Source of the DNA: an uncultured Gammaproteobacteria bacterium
GTDB taxonomy: Bacteria > Patescibacteriota > Patescibacteriia > UBA9934
Length of the DNA: 64,000 nucleotides
NCBI GenBank assembly: GCA_964452565.1
Contig: CAYVLY010000002.1
Coordinates: 22,661-86,660, forward strand
Direction: 5' to 3'
Shown here piece by piece: positions 1 to 10,000 of this stretch. Numbering within the stretch: position 1 is the first letter of the stretch; every line of letters begins with the position of its first letter. Below the pieces are notes generated by a model that made no database searches, was not told the origin of the DNA, and saw nothing but the letters and a program-made list of their open reading frames with translations. Made by a program: the position numbers and the translations under genes.

Positions 1-1
1 A

Positions 2-295
2 GGAATAAGGGCTGTAAAAGGCTCATATAGATTGGTTCATGGACGATTCTGGAAAACATTCTGGCGACTTCTTATTACAAAAATAGTATTTGGCATTGGA
101 GCAGGACTCTTGCATGTAATAATCATCATGTTAGTTGTTGGTATAGAATTTGCCTTTTTCCCGCTAGCTAGCGGGTCTGAGGCTGCGCTTTCGATTGTGT
201 CGCTATTTTTGGAAACTGGAGTAATGGTACTGACAGTGCCAATCTTCATAATTGTTGACTACTTCCTCTATGACAGCCTTATCAAAACCAGATAA
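2..295 (+). CDS. C-terminal fragment of a polytopic membrane protein (gene begins upstream of window); paralogous to next gene
   Basis: Frame open to window start (listed ORF starts at TTG 32); hydrophobic helices; shares the GRFW(K/T)..F motif with the C-terminal region of the following protein. Confidence 0.4.
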   Translation, partial: GIRAVKGSYRLVHGRFWKTFWRLLITKIVFGIGAGLLHVIIIMLVVGIEFAFFPLASGSEAALSIVSLFLETGVMVLTVPIFIIVDYFLYDSLIKTR

Positions 296-299
296 AAGC

Positions 300-1013
300 A
301 TGGAGCCAGTCTTCACATTAGTAAAAAACACATGGGGACTATACCGTTCCCATGTTAGTCTTTTTATTGGATATAGCACATGGATGCTCATCCCAATGGT
401 TCTTAATGTACTTTTAACTGTAACATTTGGAGCAGACTATACGTACATCATAGAACCGATCGTATTAGTGCTTGATATTTTAATAATGACCTGGGTCATA
501 ATTTCTTTGATTCAAGTCACGCCACTTGCACAAAGTAAAAAGCGCATTGATACCCGTAAGGTAGGCGCTAGCTCATGGCATCTAGCAGTTCCCTTTCTGC
601 TTTTAACACTCCTTCTTTCTGTGCTAACTGTAGTCGGTTTTGTGCTGTTTATTATTCCAGGTATAGTTTTTGCAATCTATATCACCTTTGCGTCAGCCAT
701 TCTTGTTCTTGAACGCACAAAAATCATTGAATCAATAAAAAAGAGTTTTGTATTAGTGCAAGGTCGCTTTTGGACAGTATTGCACCGCGTATTCTTTGGA
801 AATCTCATCCTCCTAATACCCTACCTTGTTGCCATGATTATTATTGCCAGCATTCTTTTGATGGCACATAACGGAGATGTGGATGCATTGGTGAGCAGTC
901 CTGCCACACTTATGGAACAAATTCTGGTCCGCGTAATCGATGCATGTTTGATACCTCTATTTGTGATTTTTGGTGTTATCCTGTACCAAAACGCAAAGAA
1001 GACTCAATCATAG
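300..1013 (+). CDS. polytopic integral membrane protein, hypothetical (likely start ATG 300 inside listed ORF 252..1013)
   Basis: Multiple hydrophobic segments; ...VQGRFWTVLHRVFFGNL... motif duplicated from upstream paralog. Confidence 0.5.
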   Translation: MEPVFTLVKNTWGLYRSHVSLFIGYSTWMLIPMVLNVLLTVTFGADYTYIIEPIVLVLDILIMTWVIISLIQVTPLAQSKKRIDTRKVGASSWHLAVPFLLLTLLLSVLTVVGFVLFIIPGIVFAIYITFASAILVLERTKIIESIKKSFVLVQGRFWTVLHRVFFGNLILLIPYLVAMIIIASILLMAHNGDVDALVSSPATLMEQILVRVIDACLIPLFVIFGVILYQNAKKTQS

Positions 1014-1048
1014 ACTACTATAGTTGCATGTGATAATATCAGCCTCGT

Positions 1049-2560
1049 ATGAACCTACAGCCAATCATTGGATTAGAAACTCATGTACAGCTCAAAACAA
1101 ACACAAAAATGTTTTGTGCATGTTCTGCGCGTGGACAAGATGATAAGCCAAATACACATGTGTGCCCTGTTTGTTTGGGCCACCCCGGAGTATTGCCTGT
1201 GCCAAATGAACAAGCTATTCGTTGGGCTATTCTTGTAGGACTTGCATTGCGGGGGAAAATTGCAACTAGATCGAAATTCGATAGAAAGAACTACTTTTAT
1301 CCTGACCTTCCAAAGGCATACCAAATTTCTCAGTTCGACTTACCCGTCATGGAAGATGGTGAGGTTGAGCTAGAGATCCCAGGCCAAGAACGTCCGACCA
1401 TTGTGCGGCTCGAACGTCTTCACCTTGAGGAGGATGCAGCAAAGAACATTCACGGAGACGATGGGAAAACATATGTTGACTTTAACCGTGGCGGAACAGC
1501 ATTGTGCGAGATAGTTACACGGCCTGATATCCATTCAGCCGAGGAGGCGAAAGCTTATACGCAGGAACTTCGGTTGCTTGTTCGATCGCTTCGAGTGTCA
1601 GATGGTGATATGGAAAAAGGTCAGCTTCGATGTGATGTGAATATCTCACTTCGTGAGGTTGATGATAATGGAGAACCGCTTGATGATCTGCTGCATCCAA
1701 AAACTGAGATTAAAAATGTAAACTCATTTAAGGCAATCGGGCGTGTGATCGAGCACGAAATCCAACGTCAAACAAAGCTTTGGGAAATGGGCACACCACC
1801 AGCTGAAACTACAACGCGTGGATGGAATGATGTAAGGCAGATTACAGTTGAGCAGCGTGTAAAAGAAGGCTTTGCTGACTATCGGTACTTCCCTGAGCCA
1901 GACATACCGCCACTTGATTTGACTGAAATGACTGAGGAAGTTAAACGAACTCTACCTGAGCTGCCATGGGATCGGCGTAAGAGATTTGCTGATGAGTACG
2001 GGTTCAAAAAGGAAGACATAAAGCAGATGATAGATGATCCCGCGCTTGCAGACTTTACTGAGAACGCCATGAGCGAGCTCTCAGCTTGGTTGCAGTCGCG
2101 TGAGGATGTTAATGAAGACAATGTACTTGAGGCACGAAAGAAGTTGAACAAAATCTTCTCAAGCTGGCTTTTGAACAAGCTGATGGGACTTTTAACTGAA
2201 CGTAAGATCGATATTCGAACAATGAAAGTCACTCCAGAGAACTTTGCCGAATTCATTGTCATGCTTGCTGAAGGCAAGGTCACCGGAACTAAAGGACTTG
2301 AGGTGCTGGGGGCGATGCTTGACTCAGGGGCTGACCCAGAGCATGTAGTTGATGACCTTGGAGCATCTCGAATGGACGATATGGACGCACTTATTTCAAT
2401 CGTAGATACTGTAATCGAAGAAAATCCAAGTGAAGTAGGGCGTTTCAAAAATGGTGAAGAAAAGCTTATGCAATTCTTCCTTGGGCAAATCATGAAAGCC
2501 ACTAAAGGCAATGCTGATCCAGGCGCAAGCGCTAAGGTTTTGAAACAAAAGTTGAAATAA
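1049..2560 (+). CDS. gatB: Asp-tRNA(Asn)/Glu-tRNA(Gln) amidotransferase subunit B
   Basis: N-terminus IIGLETHVQL..MFCACS.. and overall 503 aa length match GatB; C-terminal YqeY-like helical tail. Confidence 0.9.
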   Translation: MNLQPIIGLETHVQLKTNTKMFCACSARGQDDKPNTHVCPVCLGHPGVLPVPNEQAIRWAILVGLALRGKIATRSKFDRKNYFYPDLPKAYQISQFDLPVMEDGEVELEIPGQERPTIVRLERLHLEEDAAKNIHGDDGKTYVDFNRGGTALCEIVTRPDIHSAEEAKAYTQELRLLVRSLRVSDGDMEKGQLRCDVNISLREVDDNGEPLDDLLHPKTEIKNVNSFKAIGRVIEHEIQRQTKLWEMGTPPAETTTRGWNDVRQITVEQRVKEGFADYRYFPEPDIPPLDLTEMTEEVKRTLPELPWDRRKRFADEYGFKKEDIKQMIDDPALADFTENAMSELSAWLQSREDVNEDNVLEARKKLNKIFSSWLLNKLMGLLTERKIDIRTMKVTPENFAEFIVMLAEGKVTGTKGLEVLGAMLDSGADPEHVVDDLGASRMDDMDALISIVDTVIEENPSEVGRFKNGEEKLMQFFLGQIMKATKGNADPGASAKVLKQKLK

Positions 2561-2598
2561 AAACAAATCAAAGATCAGCCGCAAGGCTGGTCTTTTGC

Positions 2599-3393
2599 TT
2601 ACAAAAAATTCTTTATTAATTTAATTCCTTCTTCCACTTTTTCAATCCACTTAATGCGATCATCGCGCTTGAACCAGGTCATCTGACGCTTGGCATAGTG
2701 CCGAGTGTCGCGCTTAAGGTTCTCAATAGCAGTCTCGAGCGAAACATCACCATTCAAGTACTCGCAAATCTGCCGATAGCCAATTCCAGTCATTGATTTA
2801 ATCTCGCAACCGTACTTATCATTCAGCTTGCAAACTTCATCTACAAGTCCTTCGTCGACCATCTCATCAACCCGCTTATTGATCCGATCATACAAAACTT
2901 CGCGATCAACCTTTATGCCAATTTGCAAAACATCAAACTTTGACTTACCTGCTTTACCTCCCTCAAAATCAAAGTTGTCAACCAGCCCTGCTACATACAA
3001 ACCTGTCCCACCGGCAACAATCGGTACTTTGCCTTGAGAAACAATATCCTTGATTTTAGCCTCGGCAAACTCTTTAAAATCAAATGCTTGAAAATGCTCA
3101 TCAGGTTCAACAATGTCGAAACCATAGTGCACAACCCCTTCAACAAGATATAAATCGTCATCCTGAGGAGTCGTAGACGCCGAAGGATCTACTCGAATAG
3201 ATTCTTCGCTGCGCTCAGAATGACAGACACCATCCCTCTCTGGCTTGGCTGTTCCAATACTCATCTCCCTGTATATCGCTCGTGAGTCAGCTGAGATGAT
3301 CTCACCATCGAACTGCTTAGCAGCCTTAATGGCAAGTGAGGTCTTGCCACTTGCTGTCGGTCCAATGATTACAATGACTTTTGGTTTGTTCAT
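2599..3393 (-). CDS. miaA: tRNA dimethylallyltransferase
   Basis: P-loop VIVIIGPTASGKTSLAI, SADSRAIYREMSIGTAKP motif; contains ~30-aa insertion (ERDGVCHSERSEESIRVDPSAS...) encoded by a dispersed repeat. Confidence 0.85.
   Translation of the reverse strand: MNKPKVIVIIGPTASGKTSLAIKAAKQFDGEIISADSRAIYREMSIGTAKPERDGVCHSERSEESIRVDPSASTTPQDDDLYLVEGVVHYGFDIVEPDEHFQAFDFKEFAEAKIKDIVSQGKVPIVAGGTGLYVAGLVDNFDFEGGKAGKSKFDVLQIGIKVDREVLYDRINKRVDEMVDEGLVDEVCKLNDKYGCEIKSMTGIGYRQICEYLNGDVSLETAIENLKRDTRHYAKRQMTWFKRDDRIKWIEKVEEGIKLIKNFL
3203..3225. repeat. copy A of short dispersed repeat (core tcgctgcgctcagRatgaca), inserted in-frame inside miaA
   Basis: Near-identical cores at 3203-3225, 33491-33514 and 46801-46819. 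Confidence 0.5.
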
Positions 3394-3445
3394 GCGCTTA
3401 TACTAGCCAAAAATACAACTTTTATCAAGACTATGGATAACTATT

Positions 3446-3670
3446 TTGACGCTAATCATGGGTCAGGGTAAGCTAGTGGTAGGAGGAACGTTATTCTTTA
3501 CGTTTTTATATATGTCATGGTTTAAGCGACTTTTCGGCAAGTGTGGCGATGATTGCGATTCTTGCTGTGGTGATGAGAAACAGGAGACAAGTACACCAGA
3601 TCCAGTTGATGAGCCTGTAACCGAAGGCGAAGAGCAAGCTGGCGAAGGAGAGACTCCAATAATGGAATAG
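3446..3670 (+). CDS. small Cys-rich membrane protein (FeoB-associated Cys-rich membrane protein-like)
   Basis: One N-terminal TM helix followed by CGDDCDSCCGDE cluster and acidic tail; 74 aa. Confidence 0.4.
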   Translation: MTLIMGQGKLVVGGTLFFTFLYMSWFKRLFGKCGDDCDSCCGDEKQETSTPDPVDEPVTEGEEQAGEGETPIME

Positions 3671-3675
3671 AATTC

Positions 3676-3712
3676 AAAAATCCCCACTTCGATCGTGAAT
3701 GGGGATTTTTGT
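3676..3712. terminator. bidirectional rho-independent terminator hairpin between small Cys-rich gene (+) and thrS (-)
   Basis: aaaaatcccca..ttcgatcgtgaa..tggggattttt stem flanked by A/T runs on both sides. Confidence 0.5.
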
Positions 3713-3713
3713 T

Positions 3714-5528
3714 TTACCCAACCTCAGGAAGTTCAACTTCAGGAATCCTAGCTCGTTTTAGTACCTCGTCTACAAAAATATCTTGAGCAATGCCAAGGTC
3801 CTTATCATCTCCAAACACATTCACAATGAAGTCGCCACCCTTAACTTCCTTCTCGCCGATTACCACGGTCCATGGGATCTTATCCATTGCAGACTTACGA
3901 ATCTTTTTTCCAACCCCTTCAGAGCTCATATCAAGATACACACGAACCCCCGCACCCTTAAGCTGACGTTCAATCTCACTAGCATACTTCAGAAAATCAT
4001 CACTAACTGGCACAAGTCGAACCTGCTCAGGCATTGCCCACATTGGAAGTGACCCTGCAGTATGTTCGATAAGTACAGCGGCAAACCTTTCGATAGCACC
4101 CATGATTGCAGCATGGACCATTACAACTGGCTCTTCATCCCCCTTCTCATTAACACACGTCAGCTCAAACCTCTCTGGCATATTACGATCAACCTGGATT
4201 GTAGCCACCTGCCACGCACGACCAAGTGCATCCTTAGCAATAAAATCTACTTTTGGCCCATAGAAAGCGGCCTCCCCCACTCCATACTCATAATCTTTAA
4301 CACCGCGCTCATCCAACCATGTCTTCAAAACCTCAACGTTCTTATCCCATTGATCAATTGTTCCGAGATAGGCCTTCATGTTATCTGGATCATGTGCGGA
4401 TAACATAATGTGAAGATCAAACCCGAACTGGCCATAAAACGCTTCAACTATATTCCAAATCTTAAATGCCTCAGTACGTACTTGAGACTCACGACAAAAC
4501 ACATGTGCATCGTCCTGGGTAATGCTTCTGACACGAGTCAAACCTGCCAACTCCCCAGATTGCTCATCGCGATACACCATTGTTGTCTCAGCATATCGCT
4601 GTGGAAGATCACGATAACTTCGTTGCTGCGCAGCATAAATCTGAGTGTGATGCGGGCAGTTCATTGGCTTCATTGCAAACTCATGCCCTTCACGTGTAAC
4701 AATCTTGAAAAGATCGTCCTTAAACTTCTCCCAATGCCCACTAGTCTCATATAAATCCTTCTTTGTTATGTGTGGGATAGTCACCTTTTCATACCCATAT
4801 TGACTGCGAAGACTCCAGATAAAATCATCAAGAGCATTGCGCACGATAGTTCCTCGCGGAGTCCAAAGTGGCAAACCTTGTCCAACAAGATCCGAGAAGG
4901 TCACCAGATCCAGTTCCTTGATAAGCTTTCGATGATCACGTTTCTTAGCTTCTTCAAGCATCTGCATGTACTCTTTTAATTCTTCCTTAGATCCAAAGCA
5001 AACACCATACACACGTTGCATTTGAGCTTTTTGATCATCTCCGCGCCAATAAGCACCAGCAACTTTTGTCAGCTTAAATGCTCCAACTTGACCTGAGTGA
5101 TCAACATGAGGACCACGGCAAAGATCTACGAACTCACCTGTGTGATAAATCGATACTTGATCGGGATTCTCAGTATCGATCTCATCGGACAAATCCTCGC
5201 CAATCTTTGTAGTCCCGCGTTTTTTAAGATCTTTCAAAAGCTCAACCTTAAACTCCTGATCTTTCTCTTCAAAAAACTTGATAGCATCGTCAAGTGACAT
5301 TTCTTCACGCACCATTTCCAACTTCTGACCCATGAGCTTTTTCATGGTCTTTTCAATCTTTTTCAGATCACCCTCGGAGATCGTCTCAGAAAGTGATATA
5401 TCATAATAGAATCCATTATCTACTGCAGGGCCCACTCCAAACTTTGCATCTGGGTAAAGCTTTTGCACAGCAGCCGCAAGTAGATGAGCACAACTATGCC
5501 GCATCTTTTGTAGTTCGTCTTTTTGCAT
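3714..5528 (-). CDS. thrS: threonyl-tRNA synthetase (no N-terminal TGS extension)
   Basis: HSCAHLLAAAV editing-domain motif, class II core motifs (FRDE..., GPxIENGFYYD), 604 aa. Confidence 0.9.
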   Translation of the reverse strand: MQKDELQKMRHSCAHLLAAAVQKLYPDAKFGVGPAVDNGFYYDISLSETISEGDLKKIEKTMKKLMGQKLEMVREEMSLDDAIKFFEEKDQEFKVELLKDLKKRGTTKIGEDLSDEIDTENPDQVSIYHTGEFVDLCRGPHVDHSGQVGAFKLTKVAGAYWRGDDQKAQMQRVYGVCFGSKEELKEYMQMLEEAKKRDHRKLIKELDLVTFSDLVGQGLPLWTPRGTIVRNALDDFIWSLRSQYGYEKVTIPHITKKDLYETSGHWEKFKDDLFKIVTREGHEFAMKPMNCPHHTQIYAAQQRSYRDLPQRYAETTMVYRDEQSGELAGLTRVRSITQDDAHVFCRESQVRTEAFKIWNIVEAFYGQFGFDLHIMLSAHDPDNMKAYLGTIDQWDKNVEVLKTWLDERGVKDYEYGVGEAAFYGPKVDFIAKDALGRAWQVATIQVDRNMPERFELTCVNEKGDEEPVVMVHAAIMGAIERFAAVLIEHTAGSLPMWAMPEQVRLVPVSDDFLKYASEIERQLKGAGVRVYLDMSSEGVGKKIRKSAMDKIPWTVVIGEKEVKGGDFIVNVFGDDKDLGIAQDIFVDEVLKRARIPEVELPEVG

Positions 5529-5814
5529 ACTGTTTAAATGTTTAACATGTCTAAATTGTTGACGGTTAGTGAACCAACGACAACACTTTCAACAAGTGAG
5601 GCCAGAGGCCGAATGATTGGACAATTTCAACATTTGAAATAAATAACCGAGCTCGATCTAATAGATCGACCCCGGGGCTCCGACAAATGTCGAAACGGTT
5701 CCACCCGAGTTTGCCAATCGAACTTTCTCAATCAAAAGGCATCTCTTGTTTCTGTAGAAAGTGCTACAGGTCACAGCTCCAGGGTTGGTGAGGCCCTTTC
5801 ATCGCGTACTAAAC
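5529..5814 (-). promoter_or_regulatory. candidate T-box-type leader (Thr specifier ACC) preceding thrS
   Basis: Minus-strand leader of 286 nt contains aaCUCGGGUGGAACCGuuucg (matches T-box core GGGUGGNACCG) followed by nested hairpins and a U-rich tract; upstream CUCACCAAC loop offers an ACC specifier; AGUA near 5' end. Confidence 0.35.
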
Positions 5815-5844
5815 ATAATACGCCTTACTTGTTTTTTCTGTCAA
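5815..5844 (-). promoter_or_regulatory. sigma70-type promoter for thrS leader (TTGACA -18- TATTAT)
   Basis: Minus-strand ttgacagaaaaaacaagtaaggcgtattat; -35 at 5839-5844, -10 at 5815-5820. Confidence 0.4.
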
Positions 5845-5847
5845 ATC

Positions 5848-5876
5848 AAAAACCCCGATCGCTCGGGGCTTTTTAT
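5848..5876 (-). terminator. rho-independent terminator of the 5877..7022 gene
   Basis: minus strand aaaaagccccgagcgatcggggttttt immediately after stop. Confidence 0.55.
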
Positions 5877-7022
5877 TTAATCGATTATAATCTTGATATG
5901 GTCTTTAAGCGTTGGAACGCGCTTAAGCCAGAATGGTGTAAACGCCACTGATACGCTTTCGATAAGCTCAGAGGCCTCGAGAATGGTCATAACTTCTGTT
6001 GGTGATCGACCCACAAGCCGGTCTTTATCAAGCACATCGCTTGAAGTCGATATAACCGCAGTACCATCGATATAAACATTCAATGTTGCTTCTTCATTCT
6101 CGGCGTCTGCTGAACGAACGTCAACTTGTGCTCCATCCTCACTTACCTCTGCCAGATCATAGTTCTCTGAAATGCGCGATTGTAAATCAGCCACAGCAAA
6201 CTCCTGCAACATCTCATCGCTGTAATACACAGCTGTAACACTGAGGGTTAAAGATGCGCTGAACGATCCAACCTCAGCACCTGGCTCTTGATCTGCCAAA
6301 CGCTCGGTCTCCTCAATAAGATATGTAACACCGTCAAACTCTTCAGCATCCACCAATGCTGCGAGCTCTTCCTTGGCACCTTCAAGAATCTCTGCTTCAA
6401 GTGACACAGCAGCGTCCTCCAAGTCAGACTCTGCAAGTATGCGCACATACTCAACACCGCCGGTCATTGAATCAATGCTGACCGCATAAACTACCTCCTG
6501 CATTGAAGTTGAAAGCCCCGGAATTGTGAACTGTGTTGGTCCAATCTCACCTGACAATCCTTGCTCATCAGCATGTGCCATAGCTTCAACTTGGCCTTCG
6601 GCCGGTACAATCACCTGCTCATCCAACCTGAACAAAACCCCCTCTTCTGACAAGAGCCGTGTCGTTGCAACAAGCGTTTGCTCACTAGTTGTTTCATTGA
6701 TAAGTGTCACCATGCCTCCTGCGCTTCCTTCAATCGGAGTCGCGCCCTCCTCTGGTAAGTAGAATGTTTGCGCCTGTTTGAAGTCAGCACTTAGTACATA
6801 TCCGCTAATCTGGCCCTCTTGCAAGGCTTCGGGGACTACCTCAACTGACAAATTCGAACTCACTACCTGTGGCACAGGTGTAATTCGAATGGTGGCTGAC
6901 GAGACTGATAGATATAGTACAAACAATAAAAGGATGAATGACACAATCACAAAGGCAATTGCGATCTTTTGATAGACGCGCAATGATCGTGAAAGCGGCT
7001 TTCCTGAAGTTTTAGCAGTCAT
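5877..7022 (-). CDS. membrane-anchored acidic protein, hypothetical (ATG at 7022; listed ORF starts at TTG 7043)
   Basis: Single N-terminal TM helix (IAIAFVIVSFILLLFVLYL) then 350-aa acidic soluble domain; no motif I can assign. Confidence 0.5.
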   Translation of the reverse strand: MTAKTSGKPLSRSLRVYQKIAIAFVIVSFILLLFVLYLSVSSATIRITPVPQVVSSNLSVEVVPEALQEGQISGYVLSADFKQAQTFYLPEEGATPIEGSAGGMVTLINETTSEQTLVATTRLLSEEGVLFRLDEQVIVPAEGQVEAMAHADEQGLSGEIGPTQFTIPGLSTSMQEVVYAVSIDSMTGGVEYVRILAESDLEDAAVSLEAEILEGAKEELAALVDAEEFDGVTYLIEETERLADQEPGAEVGSFSASLTLSVTAVYYSDEMLQEFAVADLQSRISENYDLAEVSEDGAQVDVRSADAENEEATLNVYIDGTAVISTSSDVLDKDRLVGRSPTEVMTILEASELIESVSVAFTPFWLKRVPTLKDHIKIIID

Positions 7023-7066
7023 ATGAATACATTTATTATTCAACCCCCTAGTTCAATATACACATC

Positions 7067-10000
7067 TTACCTTACATTCCCCTGTCCAACAATCTCAGCA
7101 ACCCCCTCGAGCAAATGACGATCCTTGGTAACCGAATATTCAGTAGAAACCTTTTTTACTTGATCACCTGACTCGACCAATAGATAAACGCGTTCACGGC
7201 CTGGATGATCTTTCAATAATGATCGAAGTTCGACAATTATGTTGTGATCTGGGCTTTCTGGAACAGTAATATACACCCCCTCATCATCAATACCCTCCAC
7301 TACCTCTGACCCTTTATTATCTTCCTCCCACATAGATCCCTGCTTTAAATGCTCGACAACTTCGTCAAAATCTTTTTCTGTGAAAGCTGAGATCTTATCA
7401 GCAAGAACTGAGTACTCCTCACGTTCATCCCAAATGCGTATTGAGACCTTTCCTTCAACAAGAACCATCTTCCCCTCTTCGAGCCAACTAGACACAGTAC
7501 GATACAATCTTGGAAATACAACAATATCAGTCGGCCCGTTTGCATCTTCAAACCGCGCAAACGCCATTGGCTCTTGCCTTTTCTTTGTAAGAATCTTGCG
7601 GATACCCACTATTACTCCTGCCATTTTTACAATAGTGTCTTTTTCTTTTTCAGCGATCTGATTCGTCATTGTGACTAAATCACCTACCTTTTCTTTTATA
7701 ATCTTTGCGGGATGATCTGAAATATAAATACCTAAAAGCTCACGCTCCCAATCTAAAATCTGTTCTTTTGATAACTCTGGCGAAGGCCTGAGTGTTATCT
7801 TATGTTCTGCAACATCGGGTGCAAAATCAAACATTGAAACCTGATTCTGTTCCTTGTCCTTTTGCGCCTGCTTATTCAAAAGTAAAAGCTGATCCATGTT
7901 TGCTGCTAACTGGCCACGGTCAGCGAACCTATCCAGTGCACCTGCTTTGATAAGCGACTCAAGTGCTTTCTTGTTGAAATACTTTGAAGGAACACGCGAG
8001 ACAAAATCAGCCAAGTCTTCATAAGGTCCATTTTCTTTTCGCTCTCGTTGGATTGCTTTACCGATCTCATACCCAAAATTCTTAATTGCAGCCAATCCCC
8101 AACGTATATTTCCACTCTCAGGCACAACCGCAAAACCAGGATACGACTCATTTACATCTGGTGCCAGGACATCGATACCCATGCGCTTGCATTCCTCAAC
8201 TTCAATTGTAATTCGATCAATCGAATTTATATCTGAGTTCATAACAGCAGCCATAAACTCAGGTGGATAGTGTGCCTTTAGATATGCGGTGCGATATGCA
8301 ATCATTGCATAACATGCTGCGTGCGACTTGTTGAATCCATATGCAGCAAAATCCTCAAGCTTTTGAAAAACCTGTTCTGCTATCTCTTTTTTAACACCCT
8401 TCTCTACTGCACCATCGATAAATTCGATGCGCATCTTAGCCATGAGCTCAACAATCTTCTTACCCATCGCCTTTCGAAGTGTATCCGCCTTACCCCCAGT
8501 AAAGCCAGCCATGTCTTTGGAGACTTGCATCACCTGCTCCTGATAAACTGGAATACCATATGTCTCACGAAATGCATTTTCCATGAGATTATGCTCATAT
8601 GTGATCTCTTCTTTTCCATGCTTACGGCGAATAAAACTATCAATGAACTGCATTGGTCCTGGGCGATACAGTGACACCATCGCGATAATATCTTCAAACT
8701 GCGAAGGTCTAAGATCTCGAATGTAGCGCTTCATTCCGTCTGACTCAAGTTGGAACACTCCAGTTGTTTCACCTCGTCCCAGAAGCTGGAAAGTCTTCTT
8801 ATCATCAAGAGGCACGTTCTCAATGTCGATATTAACGTGATGCACAGCTTCGATAATCTCAAGAGCGTCCTGAATGATAGTAAGGTTTGAAAGCCCCAAG
8901 AAATCCATCTTTACCAAGCCCGCAGCTTCTGCTGAGTTCAATGAATACTGTGAGACATATGCCATGTCTTCTTTTTGACCCTCTTGTATTGGTACGCGAT
9001 CAACAAGCGGCAAGTCACCAATCACGATTCCACACGCATGCTGCGAAGTGTGCCGTGGATTTCCTTCAACCTTTTTAGCAAGATTAATAACACGACGGGC
9101 CATCGGATTTGATCTAAGTAACTCCCGGAGCTCAGCATGCTCAACCTCTGCAACCCTGAGTGGCGTATGACGACCCTGGACAGGTTCTGGTACACACTTA
9201 GCAATCAAATCAGCCTCATCAAACGTTAGTCCCAAAACACGGGCCATGTCACGGACAGCCAAACGCGGCATCATTGTTCCAAATGTGATGATTCCCGCAA
9301 CCTTGTCCTCACCGTATTTTTGCTTAACATAATCAAGCACCTCTCCACGTCGAGCATCAGCAAAGTCCAAATCAACATCAGGTATTGAAATACGGTCTGG
9401 GTTTAGAAATCGCTCAAACAGCAATCCATACTCAAGCGGATCCAGGTCTGTAATCTTCAGAGCATACGAAATGATCGAACCTGCAGCTGATCCACGCCCA
9501 GGCCCTACTAAAATCCCCCTGTCTTTTGCCCAGTTGACAAAGTCCTGGACGATAATGAAGTACGAGGCAAATCCCATATCCTTGATCACCCCAAATTCAT
9601 ATTCAAATCGCTCCTTTATCTCCGGTGTTATCTCATCATAACGTTTTCGCAAACCCTCCCAAGCAAGTTCATGGAGATAATCCTCATCTGATTTCCCCTC
9701 TGGCATTGGGAATATTGGCAAGTAGTTATTACCCAGGTCCATTTCGAAATCAACTCTATCTGCGATTCTTTTTGTATTCTCAAGCGCTTCTGGGACGTCT
9801 TTGAAGTATTCGATGATCTCGGCGGGGTTAATCATTGACAGATCTACATCTTCAGTGCTTGTCCGTCGGAAATCCTCAAGTGTCCTGCCGCGCATGATAC
9901 ACATCTGTGCCTCATATCCCTCACGGTCATCAGGATCAAGATAAAAAATATTCTTAGTCGCCACCATCTGGGTTTTGGTTCGCTCTGCGATAGCTTTGAT

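Noticed and set aside
1879-2571. 230-aa minus-strand ORF antisense to gatB
   Set aside because: Entirely inside the well-conserved gatB coding sequence on the opposite strand. Its composition is Ser/low-complexity, typical of antisense artefacts.
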